A model generated the notes under the pieces. It was not told the DNA's origin. It saw only the letters and a list, made by a program, of their open reading frames with translations, and did not search any database. The position numbers were made by a program, and so were the translations under genes. Shown piece by piece: positions 49,201-63,075 of a stretch of DNA of 64,000 nt (its first letter is position 1; each line of letters opens with the position of its first letter). Source of the stretch: Malacoraja senta. Its lineage: Eukaryota. Location of the stretch: contig JAXLNO010000221.1 in assembly GCA_038087875.1 (NCBI GenBank), positions 1 through 64,000 on the forward strand, read 5' to 3'.

Positions 49201-49829
49201 GAACATTCCCAAGCCAAATTCTATTTGACACTAGTATTGCAGCTGTTTGGGAACAGCTTCGCTGGAATGCAGCTAGAACAAGCAAGTCTTCAATAATAAG
49301 CCGATTAGTCAAGGGTCCATTGCCTTTTGTACATCCAGTGCACCAAAAAATTTCTTGATCAAGACGGAATACTATGTAATGAAAATTTCCCACAAGGGTG
49401 GGACCTCAAGGAGAGGCAAAAGCAGGTTATTTATTGCCAAATACGGATTTGAATGCTGCAGCTTTATACTTTTAAGCAGAGATTTTCCATCATTGATGAA
49501 TTGAATTTTTTAAATCAAGGTTCCTGGTTAGTTCAGTGTGGGAGGGAGGTCTACAAAATGGCACAAGAGAGCAGGAAGGCAATTGGCTAGAATAACAGTT
49601 CCTTTAACTGGGAGCAGGTAACAAACTCAAACCATTAGATTATACTTTAACAAAAACTTTTAATTAGCAATTATATATTATTGAATTAAAGTATAATAAG
49701 CAAGACTAATGCAAGATACGGCAGGGTAGTTAGTGTCTGGATTGCACGGTGTGGGAGCTTCTGCCAGTGGAAGATATCACCTGCTAATTTTCATGGTTTC
49801 AGTCTTAAAAAAAAAAATTTGCTCTTCTG

Positions 49830-50080
49830 CACACCGAATCCACACCGAACAGCAATCACCTGGTACACTAGTTCTATCCTACACACTGGGGACAATTTAC
49901 AGAAGCCATTTAATCTACAAACCTGTGCATTTTTGGAGTGTGGGAGGAAACCAGAGCACCCAGAAAAAAACTGCACGGTCACAGGGAAAACGTACAAATT
50001 CTGTACAGACAGCAGCCATAGTCGGGATCGAACCTGGGTTTCCGACGCTGTAAGACAGCAACTCTACCGCTGCACCACCC
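49830..50080 (-). mobile_element. tRNA-derived SINE (V-SINE/HE1-like)
   Basis: Minus strand shows A box TGGTGCAGCGG and B box GGTTCGATCCC followed by a GGTTTCCTCCCACACTCCAAA core. Confidence 0.75.
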
Positions 50081-52935
50081 AATTTAGATTTGAGCTGGAC
50101 CGAGAGTTAGGGGTTCTCCAACAAGTAAAAGATTCTGTACAATTGCATCCGAAGCACAGTCACAACTCAGAAGAATCCCCCAGTTCAAGAAAGGGTGAAT
50201 ATGCAGGCCTGTGGTACTACTCGCAAACTTGGACGATCTATTTGAACTATTGAAATCTATTTGCACTATTTGAAGAAAAAAAAAATTATAGTCTGCTGGG
50301 CTCCAAAGATGGAATGTTTTCTTGAAGGGAAAGGCAAGATGCAGCTATCAATGTCCTTGTAATCTTTAATTACATCCTTATCAAATTACAGACTTTCAGG
50401 CCAAACCTTGTGCCATAAAGTTGTTTTCATTGATGACCTTCACCTTCTTGGCTTGATCTCATTGTCCAGAAAAGGAAATAGTGAATAGTAAAATATTAGT
50501 CAGTATTTTGCATGACAGGCTCATGATTAAAATATTGCTTTTGCCAATTATTTGTGTATTATCAGGATTGGCATGGAGGTCAAGACAGACTGACAATCTC
50601 GTCTGTAACCCTGGAACCCAAATTTGAAATATCCTGAAGCCAATTTTCCAAAGCAAACACTTTACCCTGTGCAGATCTACAATTATCAAAGTCCAGTTAC
50701 TACCAGTGATTCATCTATTGCACCACTAAGAACCTCTGCACACAGCAGCCGCCCGGCTTAGTATCATGTAAAATACCATCAAACATTACTTTTCACATTT
50801 TATATGGCTTCTAAGTTATGGTGCATACTCGGGGATCTTTAAAAAATTGTGGCACCACCAGCAAAATTTAGTTTTTTGTCAACTTCGTTAATAATATTAT
50901 AGCGAATTGTCATCTAAAGTGATAATGCCCTTCACTGGAACATTCTGTTAACAGATTTGATCCTGTGGAAAGAACAATTTCCTGTAGCTGCAAATTTCCA
51001 AAGAGACTTGGCTTGATATTCTTCTCGACTTGACACCACAATATAATGAGCCACGTTTTTAGCAAAGAAGAAGCCATTGGGTTTCTCTTAGAAATCCAGA
51101 ATAATTTGACTGCCTCAAATTTTCCCCATATATTGTATCCACTTTGCCAATGACCTGTCTACTTTCTTTCCTACTTTTGTACCCAAAAGTACAATCTTAA
51201 GCTAACGCCTTTTCCATTAACACTTCCCCACCCCAAACTAAAAAACAGATTCCTAAAATGACAATAGGTTTTCCTGTTTAGTAAATCAACGCTTATTTAA
51301 GCATTTTAACAAAACCTTTGAATTATACTGATGTTTTTCTGCTCCAGTCTGTACGCTCCCAGAGTCTCAAGCCTCTCCTTGTCCATGGTTTTCATTTTGA
51401 TGGACCATCTACAGTGAATGCATTTTAGAATACTGTTGACCTGCCATGATTTCATCAATGGCTCTCATTTCTAATTTTATAAACTATTTTTATGAGCTTT
51501 ACAATCTGGTACTAACACTTTCAGGGAATTGTCTATTTCATCCATAGCATGCCTGCCCGCCCATTGTAACACTCTCCTGTAATTATGCATGGGCAACATT
51601 TTGTTCTTATGAAGGGAAACAAATTGCAGATAGAGTATAAATATTTGACTTCTATTATTCCTCGGCTGTTCCGTGTCTCTCCATGCTGAAAACTGGCTCC
51701 CACCTAGTATTCAACAAATTCTTGGTTTAGCTGCGATGAGTGATTGGCACGCTTTGTACCAGAGGATTGCTTTCTTTAATGCATTACATGTTTGTGAGCA
51801 GGTTTGGTGAGATGAGTTAAGAGGCATCTTAATGGAAGCATCGGAGGATATTTGCTTGCCAAGGTGATTGCATATTTGTTTTTGCTCTGGTATTTTGTTG
51901 TGAGTTAATTATAGAATGAAAACTTGTTCATCCCAACAACTTTCCATCATCATCCATTTTCCAAGATGAAAATTGGTTTCCTAGCTCCTTACGGATCCAC
52001 TTTAAATTGTCTAGTTACTCTCGCCCTTCCCCCATCATTGGTGCCTCTACAATTCTGGATCTGCTCATTGTTTAATCTTGTCCATTAAATTGCATTTAAT
52101 CTCGTCATCTTGTTTTCTACCACATACACACTTGCTTTTTTCCACTTGGAGTAAGCAGCAGACTCATCCACTTGATCCAGGACTCTGAGGAGTGGAGTGC
52201 TGTAAGTGACCACAGCCCCCCAAAAAGTTTGATAAATGACCATTTTCTGTTCAATTCCATTATCACTCATCCTCTTACTCAAGGATATCTTCACTTGTCA
52301 GCTTGAAACCTGTGCATTTGTCTTTGCTCAATACTTCCCTCCATACTACATATGATGTGTTTCAGAACATTCAACCCAATCAGCTTATTCTAGCGTTTAT
52401 GCTCTGCTTCACGATTCAAGATGGCGGCAGACACAGAGATACAACGGAGCAACTAAGCGGATTGGGGTCTCACCTTCCTGCAGCCTCAAAAATGCTTTGC
52501 GTGCTACAGGATTGGCTGCCGCAGATGCCCCCGCGCTATGGAATCTGAATGGTGGTCAGGCGAGGCAAGGAACGGAGATTCGCAGGTCAATGTGCCTGGA
52601 TCGAGGCATCGGTGGAGTGGGCCATTAGAGGCCCTGCAGCAGCCTGGGGCTCTATTGGATGCCGCTCCAAGAGACTGAGCGCATGGATTGGACGCGGACT
52701 GCAGCAGACGGAAGGCAGAGGACATCAACAACTTTGCTTGGCCAGGCCAAACTTGCAACGCCATCAGGACAACGGGTCTTTATGGTCAACTTTAGAACTA
52801 TATTTATAATAACTTTAGACTTGATTCTTGAAAACAGGGTGCCAAAACATGGCGACTCTTGTAAACTGTCTCAGTGTACTATTCCTATACACTTGTACTT
52901 AACTATGATTGTGCTTATGTATAGTAATAGCTTTA

Positions 52936-53572
52936 AGGGCCTGTCCCACGGGCATGCGACTCCATGCGGCAAGCGCGACCTAACCACAAGCGGGGGCCGC
53001 GCGGAGGTCGAGTGATCCCCGTACAGGGCCGGTCCCACCAGCATGCGGCTGCATGCGGCAAGCGCTACCAAATCGGAAGCGGGGGCCGCGCGGAGGTCGA
53101 GTGACGTCAAGACGGTGCGTACGGCAGCGAGGCGGTGCGCACGGCCTCGATGCGGCTGCGTCCAGCGTCGAGGCGGTGCGCACGGCCGTCGATGCGGCTG
53201 CGGGGCGGCAGGCCGTTGCCGCACGGAATCTTTTAACAGTGTCAGTTTTTCGGAGCCCCGCGCGATGTCGGGACCAGCTCCGTACAACTCCATACAGCTC
53301 CGGCGATCGAAGTGGGACCGGCCCTGCGACCTCTGCACGGCCCCCGCTTGCGGTTAGGTCGCGCTTGCCGCATGGAGTCGCATTCCCGTGGGACAGGCCC
53401 TTCAGTTTTTCGGAGCCCCGCGCGATGTCGGGACCAGCTCCGCACAACTCCATACGGCTCCGGCGATCGATGTGGGACCGGCCCCGCGAACTCCGCACGG
53501 CCCCTGCACGGCCCCCGCTTGCGGTTAGGTCGCGCTTGCCGCATGGAGTCGCATGCCCATGGGCCAGGCCCT
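52936..53572. mobile_element. Harbinger-type MITE with duplicated right end
   Basis: TTA TSD at 52933-52935 and 53573-53575; ~60-bp TIR AGGGCCTGTCCCACGGGCATGCGACTCC..; right terminus present twice (ending 53401 and 53572). Confidence 0.85.
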
Positions 53573-53739
53573 TTACTGAACCACATGCAAAAATGAACTT
53601 CACTGCACCTTGATACATGACAATAAAGTATCATTGAACTAGTCTCAAATCTCAAACAAGAGCGTAACCCACATACCATCTGCTTTAACTGTGCCTATAT
53701 ACTACTCACTTCAGGCGCACATCAGCATGCTTATTCTGA

Positions 53740-54870
53740 CTTTCCTATGGTGAGCATCCTGCATCTTCTGATTAACGAGAAAATTACAGCAGCAGTCCAG
53801 GATGATGTTACTGAAAGATCATCCAATAAGGCTATATAGGTGGAGCCGAGTAATAAAGTGGGGATGGCCACCTTGTTAGGATTCTACCATAGGCTCTAAA
53901 TAGTCAACAGGAATTAGAGGAACAAATATGCCAGAGGACTGCAGGCAGCTGAAAAACTAAAGGGTCAGGATTTAACTTTGCAAATACAGACTGGGACTGC
54001 CATAGTGCCAAGGGCTCAGATGAGGTGGAATGTGTCACGGAAATCTTTGCAGGCAATTTTTGGAGAGGGCAAAACGTGACTGTCTCTTTGGGAATTGTGC
54101 TGGGCAAGTGACTGAAGAGTCAGTGAGCAAGCCTTTCGGGACAAGTAACTACAATTCTATTCACCTTAAAATAGTTGTGGATAAGAATAGGCCTGGCCCA
54201 CAAGTTCTGAATTGCGGGAAGGCCAACTTTGATTGTATTAGACAGGAACTGGTGAAAGTTTATTGGAGCAGGGTGTCGGAAAGTGGGATGTATTGAAAAG
54301 GTAATAATGAGAGTTCAAAGTATGTATGTTCCTGTTAGAGTGAAAGGCAAGGCAGGTAGGAGTAAGGAAACTAGAATGATGAGAAATGGCTCTTATCAGA
54401 AAAAAAAAGAGACATGGGTCAGGAATTAGGTACAGTCAGCATTGCTTTGCGCATGGGAGATCATGTCTCAAGCTTGATTGAGCTCATTGAAAAACCAAGG
54501 TGGTTGAGGAGAGCACAGCTGTAGATAGTCGATAAGGACTTCAGCAAGATCTCTGGTAAGGTTCTGCATTCCAGGCTGCTTTGGAAGGTTGCATCGCGCA
54601 TGATCCAAGGAGAGCTAGCTAACTGGATAGAGAATTTGTTTCATGGTATGAAACATGTTTCATGATATGAAATAGAGGGTGGTGGTGGAAGTTGGGTTTT
54701 TTTTACTGGAGGGCCATGACAAGCGGCGTGCCTCAGGGATGAGTGCTGGGCCCATTGCTGCATTTCATCTATAATCTACAATTTAACTGAGAATATACAA
54801 GACATGATTTGCAAGTTTACAGGTGTCACTAAGTTGGTGGTATTGTAAGCAATGAAGATAATTATAAAAA
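53740..54870 (+). mobile_element. Ancient CR1 remnant
   Basis: Degenerate APE and RT nucleotide motifs (cagtcagcat..ggacttcagcaag..ggcgtgcctcaggga..gtgctgggccc). Confidence 0.65.
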
Positions 54871-54914
54871 ATAATGCTGCACCGTCAAACTAAATAACAG
54901 TGGTATCTTGTGTA

Positions 54915-56085
54915 GGAAAGAACTGCTGATGCTGGTTTAAATCAAAGGTAGATACAAAATGCTGGAGTAAATCAGGCACCATCTCTGGAGAGAAGGAATG
55001 GGTGGCATTTCGGGTCGAGACCCTTCTTCAGTCTGATGTCAGGGGAGTGGGCAGGAGAGAGATAAAATGTAGTCGGAAACAGTAAGATTGGTGGGAGAAC
55101 TGGGAAGGGAGAGGGGATGGGGAGAGAGGGAAAGCAAGGGCTATTTGAAGTTAGAGAACTCAATGTTCATACCGCTGGGATGTAAGCTACCCAAGCGAAA
55201 TATGAAGTACTGTTCCTCCAATTTGCGCTGGGCCTCACTCTGACAATGGAGGCGGCCCAGGACAGAAAGGTCAGATTGGGAATGGGAGGGGGAGTTCAAG
55301 TGCTGATCAACCAGGAGATCAGGTAGGTTAATGCAGACTGAGTGGAGGTGTTCAGCAAAACGATCGACGAGCCTGCTCTTGGTCTCATCAATGTACAGGA
55401 GTTGACATCTGGAACATCAGATACAGTAGATGAGGTTGGAGGAGGTGCAAGTGAACCTATGCCTCACCTGAAAAGACTGTTGGGGTCCTTGGATGGAGTC
55501 GAGGGGGGAGGTAAAGGGACAGGTGTTGCATCTTCTGCAGTTGCAGGGGAAAGTACCTGGGGAGGGGGTGGTTTGGGTGGGACGGTGCGAGTTGACCAGG
55601 GAGTTGCAGAGGGAACAGTCTCTGTGGAAAGCAGAAAGGGGTGGAGATGGGAAGATGTGGCCAGTAGTGGGATCCCATTGGAGGTGGCCAAAATGTTGGA
55701 GGAAATTGCTGTATGCGACCACTGATGGGGATGGAATGTGAGGACAAGGGGGATTGTCCTTGTTATGAATGGGGGGGGGGGGAGGGAGGGAGAGCGATAG
55801 TGGAGCTGCAGGATATCGAGGAGACCCGAGTGAGAGCCTCATCTGTAATGGATGAGGGGAACCCCCGTTTCCTAAAGAATGAGGACATCTCCAATGCCCT
55901 GGTATGGAAAACCTCATCCTGGGCTCAGATGGGGGGGGGGTAGACAGAGGAATTGGGAGTAGGGGATAGAGCCTTTACAGGAAGCAGGGTGGAAGAAGTG
56001 TAGCTATGGGAGTCAGCGGGTTTGTAATAGATGTTGGTCAATAGTCTGTCTCCTGTGATGGAGACGGTGAGATCTAGAAACAGTG
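54915..56085 (-). mobile_element. Penelope-like element (RT C-terminus, linker, GIY-YIG, tail), decayed
   Basis: FLDLTVSI..IYYKPADSHSY; GTFPCNCRRCNTC; FTCTSSNLIYCI; tail CTGAAGAAGGGTCTCGACCCGAAA near 55008-55032. Confidence 0.85.
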
Positions 56086-56099
56086 GTATCTTGATCAGT

Positions 56100-56800
56100 A
56101 GGACATGGGGTGAGGAAGGGCTAATGGAGATTAATTCAGATACATGTGAACCGTTGCATTTTGGGACATCGAACCAGTGTAGGATTGTCACAGTGAACAG
56201 TAGGGCCCTGGGGAGTGTTGTAGAACAGAAGCATCTACTAGTACAAGTACATTGTTCCCTGAAATTGCAGGTAGGGCAGTCACAGCAGCTAACAAGTAAG
56301 TTACAAGGTGCTGACAAGTCCACACTTTGGCTATTGGGTTCAGTTTTAGTCACCTGGCCATAGAAAAGATACCATTAAGCTGGAAAGAGTGTGAAGAAGA
56401 TTTACAAGGGTGTTGCCAAGACCAGAGGGCCTGAGCCAACGGGAGAGATTCTTCTTTGGAGCACAGGAGATGGAGCAGTGAACTTAGAGATGTACAAAAT
56501 CATGAGGGGAATAGATTGATTCTGTGCATTCATCCTTTCTCAGCCCCCAGTTTAGAGGAATCAAGATCTAGAGAGCATACTGTAGGTTTAATGTGGGTGG
56601 GAAAGATGCAATAGGAATCCAAGGAGCAAACATTTCACACAGAGGGTGATGGGTATATGGAACAGGCTGTCAGAGGAAGCAATTGGGCAGGTATAACATC
56701 ATTTAAAAGATATTTGGACAGGTACATGGCTAGGAAAGATGGAGGGATATGGTACTAGTTTAGATGGAGTATCTTGGTCAGCATGGACAAATTGATCCAA
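56100..56800 (+). mobile_element. Ancient CR1 3' part
   Basis: Degenerate CR1 3' motifs (aagatttacaagg..tttcacacagagggtg..ggacaggtacatgg). Confidence 0.65.
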
Positions 56801-57782
56801 AGAGCCCATTTCCCCATTTATGAAGGGTGCAACTTGCCCAGATGGAAGGAGGGGCTCTGTTCAGAGTTTGAATTTCATAGCATTGAAGTAATCTAGTTAG
56901 CTGGAGACAGAGGCCAGTGGGAGTAGAATGGAGAAGTGATGAGTATCTGTAGTTTAGAGTCACCTTGGAATCTGCACCATGAACACAGAAACCAATCACC
57001 AATGTGTAAAATTAATTTTGCTTCACCTGAAGGAAACTTTTGGTCCATCATTTTCCATCTGAGAATATTGCAGTCCTCTGGGCTCATACGAAGATTAACA
57101 ACCCTGGATGATTAGCACTCTTTTCCCATTCCCCGCAGGCGTTGCATGGTCTTTTTTTCCCTCCCAGAGAGACTACTTCATGTTTTTTTGAGTTATGCCA
57201 AGTTTTAATGTTCCAAAAATCTAGTTTGCCCCACAGCCTGGTGAAATGGTATGGATTTAAAAGAAAACAAACTCAGTAAACCAAACATGCTTAGATCTTT
57301 GGCAGTCTCATTAGCACTTTGCACAATGATCTTGCCTTGATAGCAAAGGCACTGAAATGACAGGATCAGCAGATGGAGAACATCTTCTATGCTCACTGTT
57401 CCTTTATATTTTGTTCAATGCTTTAAGGCTATTCAAGGCCATATTAAAATATCTTTAGCAAGGAGATGTGGCAGGTGGTAGAGAGAGGGAAGAGGCAAAA
57501 GGAAAATCTGTTCATAAGCATGTCAGCTAGAAACATTTTTTTTAAAGATTTCTCTTGGATTGCATTTATCCGTCTGCTGCCAGTTTACCCTACAGCAGCA
57601 CCAGGAATTTCTCTGATGTTCTAACATAACACTGAAGTCAGCCACATGGAACTATTCCTAGCATCTTAGCACAGAGCTTTGATAAAACATGGGGATACCA
57701 AGACTTGATGGTACAGGTAAACAGTTCCGCTTCCATACTACTGTCAGACCCTACTCATTTATTGGTGGGCAGTAAGAGCGCC

Positions 57783-58000
57783 CAATTTCTGCCACAGAAG
57801 GCAGTGGAGACCAATTGACTGGATGTTTTCAAGAGAGTGTTAGATTTAGCTCTTAGGGTTAAAGGGAATCTTAGGGTTAAAGGGAAAAAGCAGGAACAGG
57901 GTACTGATTTTAGATGATCAGCCATAATCATATTGAATGGCGGTGCTGGCTCGTAGGGCCGAATGGCCTACGCCTGCACCTATTTTCTGTGTTTCTATGT
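57783..58000 (+). mobile_element. CR1 3' tail
   Basis: gatgatcagccat..gaatggcctac..tttctatgt. Confidence 0.85.
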
Positions 58001-61000
58001 AATGAACTGGGAAGCTAGCTTAAAGTGCTTCCCCTCCGAAATCCTGGCTGGTGCGAATGAATTTGTGACTAGCCACACACTCTAGTCATTATTAGTACTC
58101 TCGTAAACCGATCTGTTCGTATTCCAGTCTTCAGCATTTAAGTCACTACAGATAGTGGAAGATGCAGTCACTAGACAACTGCGCTTGAATCCGCACTGTC
58201 ACTGATATCTTCGACAAGCAAATAATCTTACATGCCTTAATTCTGATTTCAGTAAGGCATGAATAAAACTAGAGAGAGGAACCAGAGGTACTGGTTTATA
58301 TATTTTCTTAAAACAAAGTGTTGGAATGACGCAGCCATCTCTGGAAGACGTGAACAGAATTAAATGGGTGAATGTGAAGCCACCGATGTTGCCGCAGATG
58401 GTTGGAATTGGGTTCCAAATATGACACCACAGAAGAACATTTCATTCATCTTAACGCATAACACAAGTTTAAAAAGATTTGACAACCGTTCCAGGGGAAG
58501 GACGTAAATACGATTCATCATTTTTGGTTGGCCTTCACCAGCTAAACCGTTGGTTTATTTTTTTAAGATTGGCTTATGCAAGTTATACAATCCATCGCAC
58601 AAATAGGATCAGCCTAGTTTAATACACGTGCAACGAGCGCGAATCATTGTGAACAGATCATTAGATGAACAAGTTTCCCTTTTATTTTGTAGTTCGTATG
58701 ATTGATTATAAGTTTAAAGGCCATAAGATTCTTGCTGGGATAAATGAGAGAAGCACATCAACAATGACAGTCCATTTCGATTTTTAAACACAATCATTTA
58801 ATTGTACAATAATTCACTCTAAGCTAAAAGAGTAGCGGGGAACCTCCCTCCCTTCTAAGAACGAGCTATTAACGAGCGCCACTTACCTTGAAATTCCCAG
58901 ATACATTTAAGTAGTCACGTCCCCCCCCACCCACCCAAAAGGTTACGGATGGGAGAATACAGGAATTATCATTAAAACCTAGAAAGTAAACATCGACATT
59001 ACATTCTTTGACCGCTACGAAAACATTATGAAACCTCCGACGTGGACCATATAGTTTAATAGCAATATTTGTCAAAGCTGCCAACTTCACTCAAAAATAC
59101 CATTTTATATCACTCAAATGAGCTGGCCCCCAGTTTTGTTATTTACTTTTTTTAAAGCCTTTCATCACCTCGTAATTCCGACAAGCATTGCTTTACACCG
59201 CGACGCTTCAGGCAATGAGGGGCGGGGTAAATAGAGTTCATTCTATCTACCGCAGTAAATGAAATTTCTCTTACAAATCCACTGTTCCTCTCCAACTTTA
59301 TTGAACAGTTAACATTGACGACGTGATAACTCAGAACACATCACTATGCTAAAGATACGTGTAACCAATAGTGCCCTTTAGACACCTACAAGTGTTGTGT
59401 ATGTAAAGCTGTGTAGAATCAGCAGCTGATTGTTTTCATTACTTACAGCTGCCCTCAGTCAGTTTGCAACAAGTGCTATAAAAGAACGCTGCCTCCACAG
59501 GTGTTTCTCAACCAAAGCCAGCTGAAGAAGGGTTTCGGCCCGAAACGTTATCTGTTTCCTTCGCTCCATAGATGCTGCTGCACCCGCTGAGTTTCTCCAG
59601 CATTTTTGTGTACCTCCAGCTGATAACAGCTTTGCTCAAATTAGTCAGGTCGCTTCACAATCGTAAAAACAAACATCACTGGGTTCACCTTCTCATATGT
59701 TTCCAGTTAGGAGGGGATGCCAGGGCTTACCCATACAAATAATAGCAGTAATCTTGATTAGTACAGGTGCCAGAGGTTATGGGGAGAAGGCAGGAGCATG
59801 GGATTAGGAGGGAGAGATAGATCAACCATGATTGAATGGTGGAGTAGATGTGAAGGACCAAATGGCCTAATTCTACTCCTATTTTTTATGACCTTAATAT
59901 GTATTAGTTTGTTCATGGTCCACAAGATGGATGAAGGTCTTTATCGCTATGAGAGGTATACAGGAAAAATGTTTGGATAGTGGATGAGTGCAACTAAAAT
60001 TAGGCACAGTGGTCCATTGACAACAGAAACAGGGATATTTGTTTTGCACCTTGAGTATGTTTTGTCATTCACTGTGAATGAAGCTAAGCATAAGCTCATG
60101 TCTAAAACACGAGTTTTTAAAAAAAAAGTTTTTTTTCACATAAATTCTGTGACAGCAAATTTTATTCCATATCGCACATTTTTGGGCAGTGATTTGCGAA
60201 TTTTGCCAATGCAATTTTCTGCATCTATAACACAAGGGTTGTTGTGTGGAGTTAATGACATTGACATGGTAATGACAGAGAACAATGTGTTTATTGTATA
60301 ATTTTTCTTTTGTCAGCTCCATTGAAATCCCCTGTCTTCTGAGTACATGTGTTGTACTGACCTAGGCCATCCTCACTGATTTGATTGCCATTAAAACAAC
60401 TACATAGACATTCAGATATGTCTTACTCGAGCAAAGGCGACAGCCAAGTGCTCTTTTATTAAATCAGAATGAAATGTTCAGACATAATTAAAGTGCTTTC
60501 TTTCAGAGATACATAAAAACATTGGAAAGCCTGTGCCAAGATTCCTCTAACTATTAAAATCTCGTAACTCTTTTGCACTGAATATAACTATCGGATCATG
60601 TGATTACAAAACTGTCCAAAGGATAGAAAACAAAGAGAGTAAAATGGTGAATAATGTTCCTCAGACTGAAGGAAAGTGCCCTGTGATACTCTGTTAGAAC
60701 TACAACTTATTAACCTGGATTTAACCTACACGTTAGGACACAATGCAGGCCATTTGGCCCGTCAGGTCCATTCCTGCTCACAGCAGAGCAATCCCATCTG
60801 TTTTATTGCTCTCATATATTTCCCAGTAGCTCCATTAGTTAATTAATCTAGCCAATTAACCTTCATGGAGGATCTATGAAACTCCAGCCATCTCTCTGCT
60901 TCCACAGATGTTACGTCCCCTGCTGAGTTCCTCCACCAGTTCTTTTGTTGCTCCAGATTCCAGCCTTTGTAGTCTCTTGTGCCGCTAATTCATCAGTTTG

Positions 61001-61451
61001 TTTTTTGGGGTGTGGAGAAAACTGAAGGTGCTAGGGTAAACCAAACAATCGCAGTACAAACTTCACACTGACAGCACTTGATTTAAAGATTAAACCTGGG
61101 TCCCTGGAGCTTTGAGGTAGCAGCACCATTATCTGCACCATTGTGCCATTATCAAAGTTTGTAGATGGCAAAACACTCAAGAAAGTTGAAGGAGTAAGGA
61201 GGACAGTGCAAGGCTTTAACAGCCTCGTGAAATGGATACGCTTTCCAGATTAAACTGGCAAAAAGATTAAGGAGCAGCAAATAAACTAAACTGAACTATT
61301 TCTCGACAATGTAGGAACACATGGTATATTAAAGGTATATGCACAAATTTTGAATATGATAAAACCAGTTGACAAGGCTGTTCAAAAAACATTTTGAAAT
61401 TACATCAATCTTTAAAATAGAATTGAAAAAGGGAACTGGACAAATGATGAG

Positions 61452-62790
61452 TAGAGCCAGGATTTTGCCATAAATGCCGTGCCTTTTCATGCCTTTTCTG
61501 ATGATTTCACCAAGATAATGCCCTTTTCACGTTCGAATGCCTAAATCAGCCTTTTTTTGCCGTTTTGCTAAAAGGTTGTGCTATTTTCTCTAGTTGCACC
61601 GTGATTTAAATGACTTTTTCTATGTTGACACGTTAATATTAATGTTATTATTAACGTGTTAACATAGTATAAATTACAAGAAAATTGCCACCACCGGAGA
61701 GAAACCGGGGGCATCACCATCGGTCGTTCATTCATTCGTGCCGCTGCCCGCTGGTTCAGTCTTCTCCAAAATCTATTTATTGCTTCCAATTTTGCAAACT
61801 TCCCACAAGCTACCACTTCCCTTGAGAAACATGGTGAAACATTAGTGAATAACTTGCAGGATTTCAACAAAGTAACTGATGATATTCGTAAAGTTCCTGG
61901 CGATGTAGGTAAAGACATACAAGGAAAATGTGAGAGAGTGAGTTTAGCTAACAAAGCTCTTGAAGAAATACAAACATAGCTAAAGTTCTCAAATGTAGTT
62001 GTAATGCACAAGATATCGACATGAATATAGAGTCTGTAGCTTGTTTCAGGTATGCACCAGTGTCCTCAGATGTGGTAGAAAGAAGTTTTTCACTACTGAA
62101 GCATATTCTGTCGGCATAGTTTAACACCAGATAATTTGGGGACTTGATAGAGGTCTTTAAAATTATGAGCGGGTTAGACAGAGTGGACGTGGATAAGCTT
62201 TTCCCATTGAGAGTAGGGAAGATTCAAACAAGGGGACATGACTTGAGAATTAAGGGACAGAAGTTTAGGGGGAACATTAGGGGGAACTTCTTTACTCAGA
62301 GAATGGTAGCTGTGTGGAATGAGCTTCCAGTGGAAGTGGTGGAGGCAGGTTCGATGTTATCCTTTAAAAATAGATTGGATGGGTATATGGACGGGAAAGG
62401 AATGGAGGGTTATGGTCTGAGTGCAGGTAGATGGGACTAGGGGGAAGTATTTATTTTTAATTTAAAAAAAAAAAAAAATTTAAAATAAAAAAAATTTAAA
62501 TGTTCGGCACAGACTTGAAGGGCCGAGATGGCCTGTTTCCGTGCTGTTATGGTTATATGGTTATATGGTTATAATTTGAAAAAAATGCTAGTAATTATGT
62601 TCAACCAGGCAACTTTGGTCATTTAATGTAGTGTACCTTTATATTATCATTTTTAACCATATTTTGGTGGTGGAAATACATGCTTTATGCTTTTTGTCAA
62701 TAAATGCCTTTTTCGTGCCTTTTTTGTAATTTTATTATGCCCTTTTGCCTGCCTATTTCAGTTTTTTAGTGTCTAAACATCCTGGCTCTA
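61452..62790 (+). mobile_element. Internally deleted hAT transposon with nested CR1 3' end (~62139-62570)
   Basis: TIR TAGAGCCAGGAT/ATCCTGGCTCTA; 8-bp TSD ATGATGAG; transposase C-terminal remnant FRYAPVSSDVVERSFSLLKHILS; nested CR1 flanked by ATAATTTG repeats. Confidence 0.88.
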
Positions 62791-63075
62791 ATGATGAGGA
62801 AGCAAATAGCAGGATAGACAAAGGAGAGTCAATTGATGTTGTTTACTTGGATTTTCAGAAGGCCTTGATAAAGTGCCGCACGTCAGGCTGCTAAACAAGA
62901 TGAGAGCCCATGGTAATGGCAGAAGGCAAAGAATAAAGGGAGGGTTTTCTGGATGACTGCCGGTAACTTGTGGTTTTCTGCAGGGATCAGTGTTGGGTCC
63001 ACTACTTTTCACATTGTTTATTAATGATTTTGATGATGGAATAGATGGCTTTGTGGCCGTGTTTGCAGATGATAC

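Noticed and set aside
49990..50080. tRNA gene
   Set aside because: A and B boxes continue into a SINE body; no complete cloverleaf or terminator evident
45121..52294. Short ORFs in unique AT-rich stretches (e.g. 45121-45510, 50459-50689, 52085-52294)
   Set aside because: No recognisable protein similarity or consistent splice pattern; small exons cannot be excluded without data
52871..53679. Several 100-210 aa ORFs
   Set aside because: GC-rich MITE sequence with no transposase motifs
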